Assembly (NCBI GenBank): GCA_020891255.1
Contig: BQFW01000004.1
Location: 2,542,001-2,606,000 of the forward strand
From: Entomortierella parvispora E1425
Taxonomy: Eukaryota > Fungi > Mortierellomycota
Direction of reading: 5' to 3'
DNA: 64,000 bases
The position numbers and the translations under genes are program-made. The notes under the pieces were generated by a model. That model was not told the origin of the DNA, did no database searches, and worked only from the letters and a program-made list of their open reading frames with translations. This document shows positions 49,583 through 62,464 of the stretch, piece by piece. Every line of letters begins with the position of its first letter. Positions within the stretch are counted from its first letter, which is position 1.

Positions 49583-50849
49583 ATGGGTCGTGTCATTCGT
49601 GCTCAGCGTAAGGGTCCCGGAGGAATCTTCAAGTCGCACACTCGTCTGCGCAAGGGTGCTGCCAAGCTCCGTTCGCTCGATTTCGCCGAGCGTACCGGTT
49701 ACATTCGCGGCATCGTCAAGGAGGTCATCCACGATCCCGGTCGTGGTGCTCCCCTCGCCAAGGTCCAGTTCCGTGATCCCTACAGGTAAATTCGGAACTC
49801 TCTTTCGATAACAAGGGTCCTTGGGAAGACAGTTGACAGCGAGCAGAACCATCGACAAAAGTACCTGGGCAGACGATTGAGCAGGGACAGGGACAACTTC
49901 ATACTGGACGGGGGGGCTGATCATGAGCCTGACGTCAAGTCATGACTGGTTGGCACTCCCCCTGCTGTATTATGGAGCGACTGCAGATGGAAAGCGATAG
50001 TGCCTTGTAGCATATCAGCATGTGGTCATAGTACTGGAGCCATTGACGAATACGATAACTGGCTTGGGCCTATCCTGCAAAGAGGATCAATTTTCTGATC
50101 GGTTTAGAGCGAAGCAGCAGGCAGCAAGAGCACAATTATTAACGCCACATGCCACATGTGCTTTTCTTTTGAATCTCTAGATACAAGATGCGCACTGAGA
50201 CCTTCATCGCCACTGGTAAGCCATACACCCTTGAGTGTTCTTATTGTCAAAGCTTTTCAACTTTATTGCCATGGAATTCAGAGACTAATACCTCCTTGCT
50301 TTTTCAATTGAATAATCTGTAGAGGGTACCTACACCGGTCAGTTCATCTACTGCGGTAAGAAGGCTGCCTTGAACATCGGAAACGTTCTCCCTTTGAGCT
50401 CCATGCCCGAGGGTACCGTTATCTGCAACGTCGAGGAGACTGTCGGTGATCGCGGTGCTCTTGCCCGTACCTCCGGCGGTTACGCCACCGTTATCGGCCA
50501 CAACACCGATGATGGCAAGACCCGCATCAAGCTCCCCTCCGGTGCCAAGAAGGTCGTCTTCTCGACCGCTCGTGCCACCGTTGGTATCGTTGCTGGTGGT
50601 GGACGTATTGACAAGCCCCTCTTGAAGGCCGGTCGTGCTTACCACAAGTACCGCGTCAAGCGCAACTCTTGGCCCAAGACTCGTGGTGTTGCTATGAACC
50701 CCGTCGACCATCCCCACGGAGGAGGAAACCATCAGCACATTGGTCACGCCTCGACCATTGCCCGCGATGCCGTTCCCGGTCAGAAGTCTGGTCTCATTGC
50801 TGCTCGCCGCACTGGTTTGCTCCGCGGATCCAAGAAGCTCAAGGAATAA
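49583..50849 (+). CDS. RPL2: 60S ribosomal protein uL2 (yeast L2 / human L8); exons 49583-49785, 50181-50215, 50323-50849
   Basis: [11 protein letters not shown]...[10 protein letters not shown] and [19 protein letters not shown]. Confidence 0.97.
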
Positions 50850-51545
50850 AGTGTGTGACGATCCCCCTCTCTTTACTCTTACCCTTAGCATCTGCGAACA
50901 GAATAAAATGTCTGATTGTAACAAAAAAAAACAATGACCGTTGTGGCCATTCTGTAGTCAAGCATGTTCTTCTGAAGGACGTAGAGGATGATGGACAATA
51001 GCTTACTCTTGCTGTCTTGAAGTCCTGACGGGCAGATCTCTTATCAAATCATCATTCATGACGGCGACCACTTGTCACTAGCCGGTTTCTCTGATACACT
51101 GCACTGAGGGCAGAACAAGGGCACCGTAATCAGGGACGAGAAGTATTTGTTGCAATTGCACTCTGCAGTCATATCATGAAATGAAGGTCTTCACCCACAA
51201 CACCCTCATGCCGAGGAATCAAAGATCGGTCAAGCGTAGCGTGCGTGCGAATCTCATGTTTCATTCGACCCTGACCAGTCCCAACGGCGCACAGGGGCTT
51301 TCTTTTTTTCAGGGCACTTCTTTGCTTTATTTGGAGCTCTTTCTTCGCACCCGCCGTCCATTCATTCATTCATTCATTCATTCATTCACACGACCCTCCC
51401 TTCTTTTCTTCCTTTGTTCTTTTCCTCTCTTCATTCATTCATTCATTCATTTGTTCTTTATTCACACCGCACAGCATCCCTCAGCAACAGCCCCCGTTTT
51501 CCGCACTTTTCTTATTCTCTCTCCTCCCCACCCCCTCTTGAGAGC

Positions 51546-53723
51546 ATGAGCGAGAAGACATACGCTCTTCTGCCCACAACGGTCGAGGAGGCCGAAGCGG
51601 CCGTCCCCGCACCCGCCTATACCGAGGTAGCCGCCGCTACTGCGGACTGTAGACGAAAGATGCGCCTCGGTTTCCTCAAGCTGTCCGCCTTTGCCTTTTT
51701 GTTCTACGTCCTGTTCTGGATGCCCATTAACTCTGAGGATGACCAAGGCAAGGAAGGTCATCGTCATGGCAAGCATCATGGCAAGCATCATGGCAAGAAA
51801 GGAGACTGCCATGGCAAGAACAAGCATGGCGCCGCAGACAAGTTGGCTTTTGAGGAGCACTGGCAGGCAGATATCGATCAGCTGGTCGCTGGAAGCCTCG
51901 AGTCCAGGTACTTGCATCTACATGCAGATCTTTGTTTTATTTGATACCGTTGCGTTTGATCTTCTTGGGAACGAAGGAATTTGGATCTCTTTGACCAACA
52001 GCCGCTCATCGTCCTTCATAGCATCGTCTGGGATCGTTTGGCTGAAATGACCGATACCTACGGCAACCGTATTGCCGGGTCTGGGGCCCTTGAGAAGGTA
52101 TATATTTTTTAGTGCCATCTGTCAGGAGAAGGAGGGGGGATGGCTCATATTGGACGAACATGACCCCATTGAAGCCCCGTTCTGTTTGCACCTCACGTGG
52201 CGTTGTTAAGCATTGAAACTAACGCACTGGGTATTTCTTGCCTTTTTGTTTTGGATTCGTTCCAGTCCATCGACTGGATCGTGGAGAAGGTTAAGGGTGA
52301 TGGTCTCTCGGTCTCAACCGAGGATGTCGTTGTTGATTACTGGCAGCGTAACGAGGAGTCCCTCTACTTTATGTCGCCCACCCGAGGATACGTCAAGTTG
52401 CACATGTTGGGCTTGGGTTTCAGTGCCCCTACCGTCAAGGAGGGCATTCAGGCCGAGGTCATTGTCGTCACTTCCAAGGCCGAGTTGGATCAACTAGGCC
52501 AGGAGGGTCAGCTCAAGGACAGAATCGTTCTTTACAACAAACCCTTTGAGTCCTATGATAAGGACGTGGCGCATCGCACCAATGGTGCCCTCTGGGCTCA
52601 GGAGTATGGCGCACTTGCAGCCTTGGTCCGATCCATTGGTCCCCTCTCGCTGCAGACACCTCACGCTGGTAACTCTGCTGCTGCCAAGATTCCTGCTGCC
52701 TCCATCAGTGCTGAGGATGCCGAGCTCTTGGCTCGATCCGTCAAGAGACATCAGGAGAACCCCGAGGTCTTTACCGAGTGGCCCAAGGTCCACTTGACGA
52801 TGAATGCTTTCACTGCCTTGCAGTCCAAGACCTCGCGTAATATTATTGTCGAGCTTAAGGGACGCGAGAGACCCGATGAGGTCGTTGTTGTTGGTGGACA
52901 TATTGACAGCTGGGATGTCGGTAGTGGCGCTGTGGATGATGGTGCTGGATGCTTTATTGGTTGGGAAACTATTCGTCAGCTCGCCAAGTTGGATCGCCCT
53001 CCTCGCCGTACTGTCCGTGCTGTTTTCTGGACCTCTGAAGAGAACGGATCGCCCGGTGGTCGTGTCTATGCCGCCAACCATCCCGAGACCAACACGTCCC
53101 GCCACGTTTTTGCCTTTGAATCTGATAACGGAGTCTTTGACCCTTGGGGTATCAAGTTCACTGGAGGTCGTCGTGCTGCTGAAGAGCAGGCTCCTGGTCA
53201 GTTGACCTCTGCCGAGTTTATGGCTGCTGCCGGAGAAGAGTTCTTGGGATCTCGCAAGGATTTGGGCTACCCAGGAGCCGGTCAGTGGGTGTTGCCTAAT
53301 GGAGGTGGTGCCGATATTGGACCTTTGTGCCGACAGGGTGTTGCCTGTGCCCAGTTCACGCCTGCCGATCCTTTCCCCTTGCCTTACTCGACCTCTCCTT
53401 ACGCCATCAAGAAGCCTGCTGGTGGAGACGAGGGTGAAGGAGATGAGGATGAGGACGATCTGGCTCCTCGCCATGGACGTCACCATCGCCACGGTCATGG
53501 TCGCCATCACCACGGATATCGTCGCCACCACCGCCACCACCGTCATCACCACAAGGATGATGAGGTTGATGCCCCTCGTCGCCCTGTTGACTCCGGATAC
53601 TTTTACTACCATCATACCGAGGCTGACAACATGAACGCGTTTACTGCAGATCAGGTCAAGAACTCTGCTGCTGTGATGGCGGTCTGGACTTATATCGCTG
53701 CCGAGAGCAATGTCGAGCTTTGA
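51546..53723 (+). CDS. M28 metallopeptidase, carboxypeptidase Q-like, with a type II membrane anchor; exons 51546-51908, 52022-52097, 52266-53723
   Basis: DRLAEMTDTYGNR, PA domain, GGHIDSWD, GAVDDGAG, WTSEENG, FESDNG and YHHTEAD. Confidence 0.9.
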
Positions 53724-54041
53724 AGGAGATAATTTATGTAAATTTTTGATCAGTTTTCAGAAAGACGGCGGAAGAATTCTGTGTCCTCTTCTTTCTCTCA
53801 TAGTGAAATAAAAAAAGCCAATGTCCTTGAAATCAATCTGAAGCTGTTTTGGTGAAAGAGGTTTTGTCCGCCCTGTCTCTCGTTTCCAATGTTCAAGTTC
53901 ACTCTATCAGAATCTGTAACCTATCTTGAGCTCGAACAGAGTTCTCCTTTCATCTGCAAAAGCTGTTACTTTAGTTGGGATGAATGATAGTAGAAGCTGA
54001 ATATACAGTAAAAATAGGTTGGGGGAGTATAGGTGAGATCC

Positions 54042-55758
54042 TCAGTTCTTCTTGCTGAACCAGCCCTGTGCTGCTCCAATAATGAGGATGATGATAATGA
54101 CCAGGATGACAAGTCCAAGAGCGAGCCATTTTGCCTATCAGAGAAGAATGCGTAACGAGATCGGTCAGTCTTTTTTGAGCCAAGGAAAAAAAAAAAAAAA
54201 AAAACTCCCCACAGCAGGATCCTTTCGACTCGTTTCTTACGTTTCGAGCAGCGTATGCACTATTAAGAGCCAAACGTGTCTGTCCATCGGCCTTCTCGAT
54301 ATCCTGTCCCGCTCTGTCCACAGAACCCTCGACCTCGTCAAACTGCAACTGCTGGTCCGAGACCAAGACCTCCATCTGTTTGAACAACTGGGCCAATTCG
54401 ACAATGCTCTCCTGAAGACTATGCAATTCCTTTTGACGGCTCTGGACCGCCGCAAACGCCTGTTGACCGCGCGACTGTTGCAACAGCTGCTGCGAAAACG
54501 CGCCGGATTGATCCTCGTCCACCAATCGTCGGATATCGTCCTCGGTCGCGGCCGGGTTCGCGATCCGGTACTGTCGTGCGACCGTGTCTTTGGACTTTTG
54601 GCCATTCTGGACTTGGACGTTTTGAAACCGCACCAGAGCATCCTTGAATTCTTGGCTCAAGGTCGAGGTCCGGAGTTTGCGCCGGTCGTATTCGTCCCTT
54701 GTGCGCACGCCCCTGTTGGACTCTGTCAAGGCTGTGTTCAAGAAAAAAATAATAAAAATAAAAAAAAGAATGAAAAGGGAGGCTGGGTGAGTATTGGACC
54801 AAAAAAAAACAAAAAACACACGCGCACAAAAAGATGGCAACAATGACCAAAACAAGGAGAGGCGGTGTCGAGTCTATGCTCATCCAGTCAGAGTTGTGCG
54901 ACATCCTTTGTCTTTTCTTCTTTAGAACCCTTACCTCGGAGTCGATCAAGGATCTCGTTGGAGAGGTTGTTGGTGGCGCGCGTCATCTCCTCCAGCTGTT
55001 TCGCGCCTGTAGATGGAGTGAAGGTGGAGGTATTGTTAGCAATGTATTGATCGCGCTCAGAACAAAAAATAAAATAAAAAAGGAGACGTTTGAGGAGGGG
55101 ACTAAGGGTCTACAACTTCAACAACAAACTGCGCCCTCACCTTCCAGGTCGTTTCTCGCGTTGAGATTTCGTGTAAAGAGCTGGTCGACTTCATTGATGT
55201 TGGACTGGAACTGTTGGATCTTTGATGAAATGACCTCGGTCTATTTTTTTTAAAAAAAGAAAATCCATGCAAAGAAACGCAACAGCAGTAAGAAGAAAGG
55301 GGGTTGATAAACAAAGGTCAGAACTTCACTCGTCTAGTTTGTTCTCTCTCTCTGTCTCTCTCTCTTTCCTATTCAAGGACCTGGTGATTTTGCCGTTACC
55401 TCTTGAAAGAACTGACTCAAGGAGTCTCCTCGGAGAGGAGCCATTTCAACCGGTGCCTGGTTGGAAGGCGCATCGGTGTAGGGATTGCTGTAGTTGAAGT
55501 TGTGCTGGTTGTTGGTTGTCGGATGCGGGTAGGACATGTTTTGGGTCTAGTGAAACAAGACGAGAGCAAAGGCAGCCAGGTGTGAGCGTGCGAGCATGAG
55601 TATGAGCATGAGTATGAGCATGAGCATGAGCATGAGCATTGGATCTGTCATGAAGTGAGCAGGTCGGCTCCCATGGAACTGAGCATGGATTCCAAAGATT
55701 AGTGGATATTTATTTTTACCGTGCCATTGTTGAAATCGTTCAAACGGTCGCGACTCAT
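54042..55758 (-). CDS. Plasma-membrane syntaxin (Sso1/2-like Qa-SNARE), 6 exons
   Basis: N-terminus MSRDRL, Habc helices, SNARE motif AVQSRQKELHSLQESIVELAQLFKQMEVLVSDQ, and the C-terminal anchor KWLALGLVILVIIIILIIG. Confidence 0.88.
55592..55639 (+). repeat. (GAGCAT/GAGTAT)8 hexamer repeat in the first syntaxin intron
   Basis: Read directly from the sequence. Confidence 0.9.
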
Positions 55759-57460
55759 GTTGCAGTTGTAATGAAGGGGGTGAATGAGAGGGAAATGGGG
55801 CAGGAGAGGAGGGTCAAGAGAAGGTGAATGGAGAAGAGTAAGAAAGCAGGGAAGGAAAGAAGGAAAGAGAGAGGGACGGAAGGGGCACGAGAGACAGGGC
55901 TGTGCTTGGTCTTTGGTCCATTCCATTAGACCCATGCTTCCCTGGCCACTGATTGTGCAATCCAAGAATAACATTTTTGTGCAAGGGACAGGGAGTGGGC
56001 TGTGCCTGAATCCCGTTCCCTTCGTCCTGGCTTTGCGCCAAACTGGTTCAGAACGACGCGATAACATTACTGCACGAACGCCGTTTTTTTTTGTCCAACC
56101 GCACGTTTACAAGGAAGAAAGATCATGTAGAAGATGTCAGTCGTGAGCATGGTGGCTGTTAAATTTGGCATTGCTCAAAGATTGGAGGGAGAAGACTGCG
56201 ACTACGAGCAATTGTTTTTTTTATTGAAATAAGAGTGCATCGAACTACTGTTCATCGAGGATTGCGTTGATGGATGGAGCTCTGCCTTTTTTTAATTACC
56301 AGGAACAAGCGTCTTGAGTTTGCTGGTCTTCTTGCAAACTACCTGTCATGTAGTCGACTGCAAGACTCTTTCACCTTCGAGAATGCCATGGCAGCCCAGC
56401 CATTATTGTTAAGAGAGGAGAGAGGAGAGGAAAGAAAAGGATGGGGGATCAGAGATGAGAAACGAAGCAAGAAAAAGATACAAAAGAGGCAAGAGAAGCA
56501 AGCGCGGGCGCAGGCGAAAGCAAGACACCGAGAACACGGCGCGGGATGGCATGGCATGGCATGGCATGGCATGACATGACACGACACAGTCGCGTATCAG
56601 ACAGCTGTCCCCTTCATACACTTTGACCACATTCACGCGTCGCGCTGTTTCGTGCCTGCCCCTTCTTTCATCTTTCTGTGTCCACACTGTCGTCTGTGCC
56701 CATCCCATCCCATCCCATCCCCCTGCGGTCTCCTTTCTCTCTTTTGTCGAGTGCGCACGTGGCGCCTTTGTTCCTGTTCATCTGCGCCTGTTTCTGTTTC
56801 TGTTTCTGTTCATATGTGCCTGTGCCTGTGCCTGTTCCTTCCCTTGCTTCGTTCCTTGCTTCGTTCCTTGCTTCCTCCCTTCCTTCCTCCCTTCCTTCCT
56901 TCCTTCCTTGCCCCTCCAACCTTGTCCTTCTTTGCAATGCCATTGTCCCAGCAAACGGATTCTTCCTTCCATGCCGCGCCATCACCCTCCCCCTACCCCG
57001 CGGGGCTAGTGGGAAAGTGAAGAGAGCAATCCACCCAGAAAAGAAAAACAAATAAAAGAGTCATCGCATCCATCGTGCATCCATCCTCCATTCGACTGAG
57101 CCCATTCCTCCCCTTCCACCCCCTGTCTTGCCTTGCCCCAATCTGCTTACAGTGCTACCTGCTTACCGGTCAGAGGCGGCATGGTCCATCTTTGCCGGGA
57201 TCCCAATCGCATGACTTCATTCCCTTGAACCCTTTTCGTCCTTTTTCCATTCTCTTTTTCCCTTTTTTCCTCTCCATCCCATTCCAATCCCTTTGCGCCA
57301 CTCTTCTCGTCTCCTTTCGTTCATATCCTTCCCGCCCTCTTCATAACTCGGCAGTTACCGCCAACGCGCGTTCCATTTTTTGCTGTCCGTGTCTGTGTCT
57401 GCTCTTGGTGCCACCGTCGCAACCACTGCCCCCTCTTTTGCACCAGTTTGACGCTTTGCT

Positions 57461-57510
57461 CCCTTCCCTTCCCTTCCCTTCCCTTCCCTTCCCTTCCCTT
57501 CCCTTCCCTT
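57461..57510 (+). repeat. (CCCTT)10 pentamer repeat upstream of the kinase
   Basis: Read directly from the sequence. Confidence 0.9.
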
Positions 57511-58222
57511 CCCTGCCCCCTCTTCCTCTTCCTCTTCCTCTTCTTTCCACCTTCTCCCTCTCCCTCTCTCTCTCTCTTGTTTTCTCTCTCTGTCTCTCTC
57601 TGTCTCTCTCTTGTTTTATTGTCCTTCCTCAGCCCAGTCGTTCTTTCATCCTTCCTTCCTTCGCTTCCTCTTTCTCCTTCTTCAAACACCCATCCTTCCG
57701 CCCGCCCGTGTTTCCAACTCGTCTTCCTGTCCCTCCCTTCCTCGCCTCGACAACCAGGAACCAAAACTCGACTTTGCAAAGGAAGCCCAGCCGCTGCCCT
57801 CCCTCCTTTTTTCCCCTTCCACCTCCGTCTCTCCGTTCCTCTACGGTTGACTGTTTCTTGGCCCTTTCCCTTTGTCCTGTTGATCTTGTGATCAGTCGCC
57901 CCCTTTGTCGATTCAATTCACGACGACTACTTTGTCTCTTTGTTCTCTGGTCCGGATTGCATGGCGGCGGCTGACTCGGACAGTTGAAATTGGTGAGAGA
58001 AAGGGGACATGCTGACTAAAAAAAGAATCTCTTCCCCTCCTTGACATGGTCCTAGACAAGCAACACCTGCTGAGATCTCTTTTTTCTTCTTTTTTTCTGC
58101 TCCTCTTTTTTTTCATTCTTTTCTTTCTATCTTCCCTTGCGCGACAGCAAACAACCAAACGTCGGTTCCAAGGCGTCACTACTCTGCTCCAACTACCCGT
58201 AGTTTGATCCAGACCTATTCAG

Positions 58223-61200
58223 ATGCGTCCAAGGCAAGAACAGGAGCAGGTAAATCGCCGTTACGGTTCTTCTTCTGGCCGCTCGTCGCCCACCACTGTG
58301 TGTCTCCCTCCCTCCCCTTGGAATCGTGGACAGTAACATCTCTACGTCCATCTCTCTTTTGTTATTAGTGGTCGAAGCAACAGGACTTGCGCGTCGTCAG
58401 AAGAGGTTCTTCCAGCGCCATCTCCAACAACTCAACCACAGACATGGACGACAACCCCTCGGATCAGGATTCTTTCCAGGATACCTCCACCTCTCCGTCT
58501 CCCAGCAACATGAGTTCGCCGGGAGGGGCTTCTGGACGCAAGAGTCGCACTGCTCGTCTTCGTCTCAGTCTCAAGAGCTTGCGCACGCCAAAGTCTCTGC
58601 CACAGCTGCCCAACTCAGAGGACAGGGACTCGACCAGCCCTCGCGCCTCTGTGGAAGAGCCGAGATCGGCCTCTGCAGATCTGCAGACTTTTGAAAGCAG
58701 GACCTCGATCGAGCGCAACGATAATCGTCAAAGGGATAATAAGAATGCAGCAACGTCCAGCTTCTCAACCTCGGCCCCAAAGACTTCGTCTCGATTCTCC
58801 TTTATCCATTCGCCCATCCCCACATCGCCTTCCTCCTCCAGACCTGCACACAACAGGAGCAACACCACCCCGTTACAATCATCCAGTCCTTCCAGTTTCG
58901 GAACTTCGCCGCGTCGTGGAGTAATCTCGCCCTCGCCCCTACCCGTGAAGGAGACGCATACCATGATGAAGGACTATGACCCAGCCACAGGCAACAAGAT
59001 GATCAACAAATACATGATTGTGCGGGAGCTTGGGCGTGGAGTCCACGGCAAAGTCAAGCTTTGCCGCGACACCGAGACAAACGAGTTGTGTGTAAGTTGA
59101 CTCGAAAAAGCTCATTATTTTGGGGGGAAAAAATGCTTCTTTTTTGTTGGAGAATGGTCGGGAGATTGCACTCCTTGTTGGTTTAGCAAAGGACGCTAGT
59201 GCGCTGGGCTGTGGAACCACCATTGTTGTCATTGTTGACGTTCGCTTTTCCCTGAATGTTATTCTTTTTGACTCTTCCCTCCCTGACATCATTTACTTCT
59301 TCCCAGGCCATCAAAATTGTAGACAAGACGACCCGAAGGCGGCTGGGACGGTCCCAGCTGTCGAACGAGCAAAAGATCCGGCGAGAGATTGCCATCATGA
59401 AAAAATGTATCCACCCTAATGTCGTACGTCTCATCGAGGTTATCGACGACCCTAATGCAAGAAAGATCTATATGGGTAGGACAAAAAAGAATGTTTTTTT
59501 TCCCGGAGTTGTTTATATGTGGAGAATGATACAGGGGAAACTAATTATTCTTCTCTCTTGTGCCACTTGCATCGATGCACAACGCTAGTCTTGGAGTACA
59601 TGGAAGGAGGCGAGGTACGCTGGAAGGACACCGAGGACAAGCCAATCTTGCCTCTCCAAGGCGCGCGGACCATCTTTCGTGATGTGGTTCTTGGACTGGA
59701 ATACCGTGAGTTTTACAATGCCCAGGACCGTTATTCTGATCCATCTACTGCAGTCCATCTCCAGCAACTCATCATGGTCCCGCTTCTCCCTTTTTGGGGG
59801 GGGTTTTTTTTTTTACCTTATCCAGTCCACACACAGGGAATCATTCATCGGGATATCAAGCCTGCCAATCTACTCCTCTCTGTGGACGGGTCTGTCAAAA
59901 TCTCTGACTTTGGTGTGTCCCACTTTAGCGAAAAGAACTCTCTTGAACACGATTTGGAGAGCTCACCCATTGTCGAGAAGGGGTTCCATATTCCCGATAG
60001 TCATGTCACTCCTCCCTCCCCTATTGTCTCGATGTTTTCGGGAAGAAACTCTGCACCACCGGGAGGACTTCATGACCAGTCAAGACAATCGTCCACCATT
60101 ACACAGCTCCAGCAATGGGGCGATGACCTCGAGCTCGCCAAGACGGCGGGAAGTCCTGCTTTTTTCGCACCCGAACTTTGCTACGCCAGTGAGTACAATC
60201 GAGTGGCTGCCAGAGATGCGAAACCAGAATTTCCGCCGTTAACTCTTTGTACTCTTGAATTCTAGGCGATTACGCCACTTTGCAATCGCCTACTATTGCC
60301 TCAGCTTCACAGACCTCGTTTGTAGTTTCGCCTCTTCCAAGAGCAAACTCTTTCAGCTCTTCGACCACCGGCCTGGCTATCAATCCCATCGTCAACCCGA
60401 CACGACCACCGATCACAAAGGCTATCGATGTCTGGGCTTTGGGGGTCACATTGTACTGCTTTGTGTACGGCCGATGCCCTTTTATCGCAGACACAGAGTT
60501 TGAGTTGTTCAATATTATTCCAAGGAAGCAGGCAGTTTTTCCAAGCAGTGTTCCGGGCAGAGACCACGTGGACTCTGGACTGAAGGACCTCCTATCTAGA
60601 CTTCTCGAAAAGGACGTTTTCAAGCGGATTACACTCAAAGAGATCAAGGTACAGTGAAAGGAAAAAAGCGCTAACGAGAATTAGAGTTGCTGCAGATGTT
60701 GCTTTTAGACCTCTTTTCTCTGACAAAGAAGGTTGAACTTTTCGAACTTTTCTATTTATCTTTATTAGGAGCATCCATGGGTGACTGAGGATCTTGTGGA
60801 CGCTGCCAGGTGGAGAATTGAAACGGACCCTAGCAATTACCAGCGTGTCCATGTCACCGACGACGAGGTGAAGGGAGCCGTGACCATCATGGACAAGATC
60901 AAGAACCGTATTCGGAAACTGTCAGTCTCGCTTAGCAACTTTACTCTGAACCGACGACGAAGCAGATCCATCTCCTCCACGTATACCCCAGGCAAGTAAC
61001 AGCACCCTGGGGGTTTCGATGTCCTTGTATGATAGATTTCTCTGGCTGACCTTTTCTTTTTTGTCAACAGATTCACCCACGACGGAGCAGATAATGCCCA
61101 TACCCATTATTCGGTCACCGGCCGCGACCCCAGCCCATCACCCTTCATCGGTAGGGTCCAACCCCATGTCCCTACCGGAGCGATTCCATCATTTCCACCA

Positions 61201-61966
61201 TTCATACAATGGACCGGGACCGAACTTTGGTCCTGTGTCCCGATTAGAAAGACCGAACAGTGTCTGTAGTAATACCAGCAGTATCGATGAAGTAGACGAG
61301 GGCGATGAACACTCGGGGCAGAGTGGCTCGGGTTCATCCGCTCAAAACACGACAAGCTACGTGGGCCGTAGACGCTTATTCCAAGCACCGCAGACTCAAC
61401 AGCATCAGCATCATTATCAGCATCAACATCATCATCAACAACAGCAGTTTCCACTCCTTCAGCATTTTACTCAGCATACCCAGTCCCATTATCAATCCTC
61501 TCACCAGCACCCTCATCAGGCGATCCCAATGTCAGCTCAAGCAAGGAGGACCTACTCGGATGATCAGCTTGCAGAACATCCTTTGTACGCGTCCGGATCC
61601 GCATCGACCTCTCAACTCTTTGGCACCTCTGCCGGCAGCAGCAATGGTGGCAACCTTCGAGGTCATAGCGGACTGTCCAAGAGCTGGATCAGTGGCTCTT
61701 CCTCTGGAGGAACGACCACCATAACATCTTCTTCACCTTCCACTGGAGGACAGGCGGCGGCGGTGGAAATCAGTGCACTAAGTCTCCAGCAGCAGCATCA
61801 ACAGGCCCAGCCACACATGTGGCTCGGTCAAAGACGTCCCTCGGCCTTGGTCTCGGATGTATTGCATGAACATCAGGACGATGAGTCGTTCCAAGAGTCG
61901 GAATCGACCCCGCGTCCTGCTGCGAGGACCATCTTTCCGGATGAATCCTTGGTGGCCTGCGAGTGA
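58223..61966 (+). CDS. Ser/Thr protein kinase of the CaMKK/Ssp1/Sak1 family, multi-exon
   Basis: [56 protein letters not shown] and [19 protein letters not shown]. First exon is 58223-58249. Confidence 0.9.
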
Positions 61967-62464
61967 ACAGGATCCAGCTTTCAAAAGAGAAAAGTGAGGT
62001 GGAGAGGGTCAGGGGGGGTGGATGTAGAGTGAGAAAGAGAACGCCGGAGACGCTGGTTTATACATATACATTTGTTTTTCTTTCCGTCACCAAGATACAC
62101 AGGCGCCAAAACAAAAACGAAAAAAAAGATGAGGAAGAAAGAGCAGGCACGATGACATACACGCCAGCATGCATAACTATAGAGTCTTATTTGAATAATG
62201 AAACCATTGCACTCCTAAAAAAATAACCAATGAAGAAAAAAGAACTTGCAAGACACACAACGCCTAGATAAAGTGTAGGAGTGAGTGAGTGAAGCCCATA
62301 GAGGCTCTATGTTTTCCAGGCGGAAAAAAAAAACAAAAGAAAAACTTCCCTGTGAACAAATGAATGGATCTTGCGACGACGACAATTTTATTATTTTAAA
62401 GGTATGGTAGTATTGTACAGTTTTTTTGTCATAGCCCCAAACACCGGCTTTAGGTCTTGCTCCT

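Noticed and set aside
52494-53615. 373-aa antisense ORF
   Set aside because: Shadow of the codon-biased M28 peptidase exon. The same applies to the antisense ORFs over RPL2, syntaxin and DUF229.
55699-57980. Long ORFs such as 57075-57974
   Set aside because: Products of (CCCTT)n, (ATGGC)n and CT-rich repeats in the divergent syntaxin/kinase intergenic region.
57961-58044. Two short upstream ORFs before the kinase ATG
   Set aside because: The transcription start is unknown and such ORFs arise by chance, so there is not enough support.
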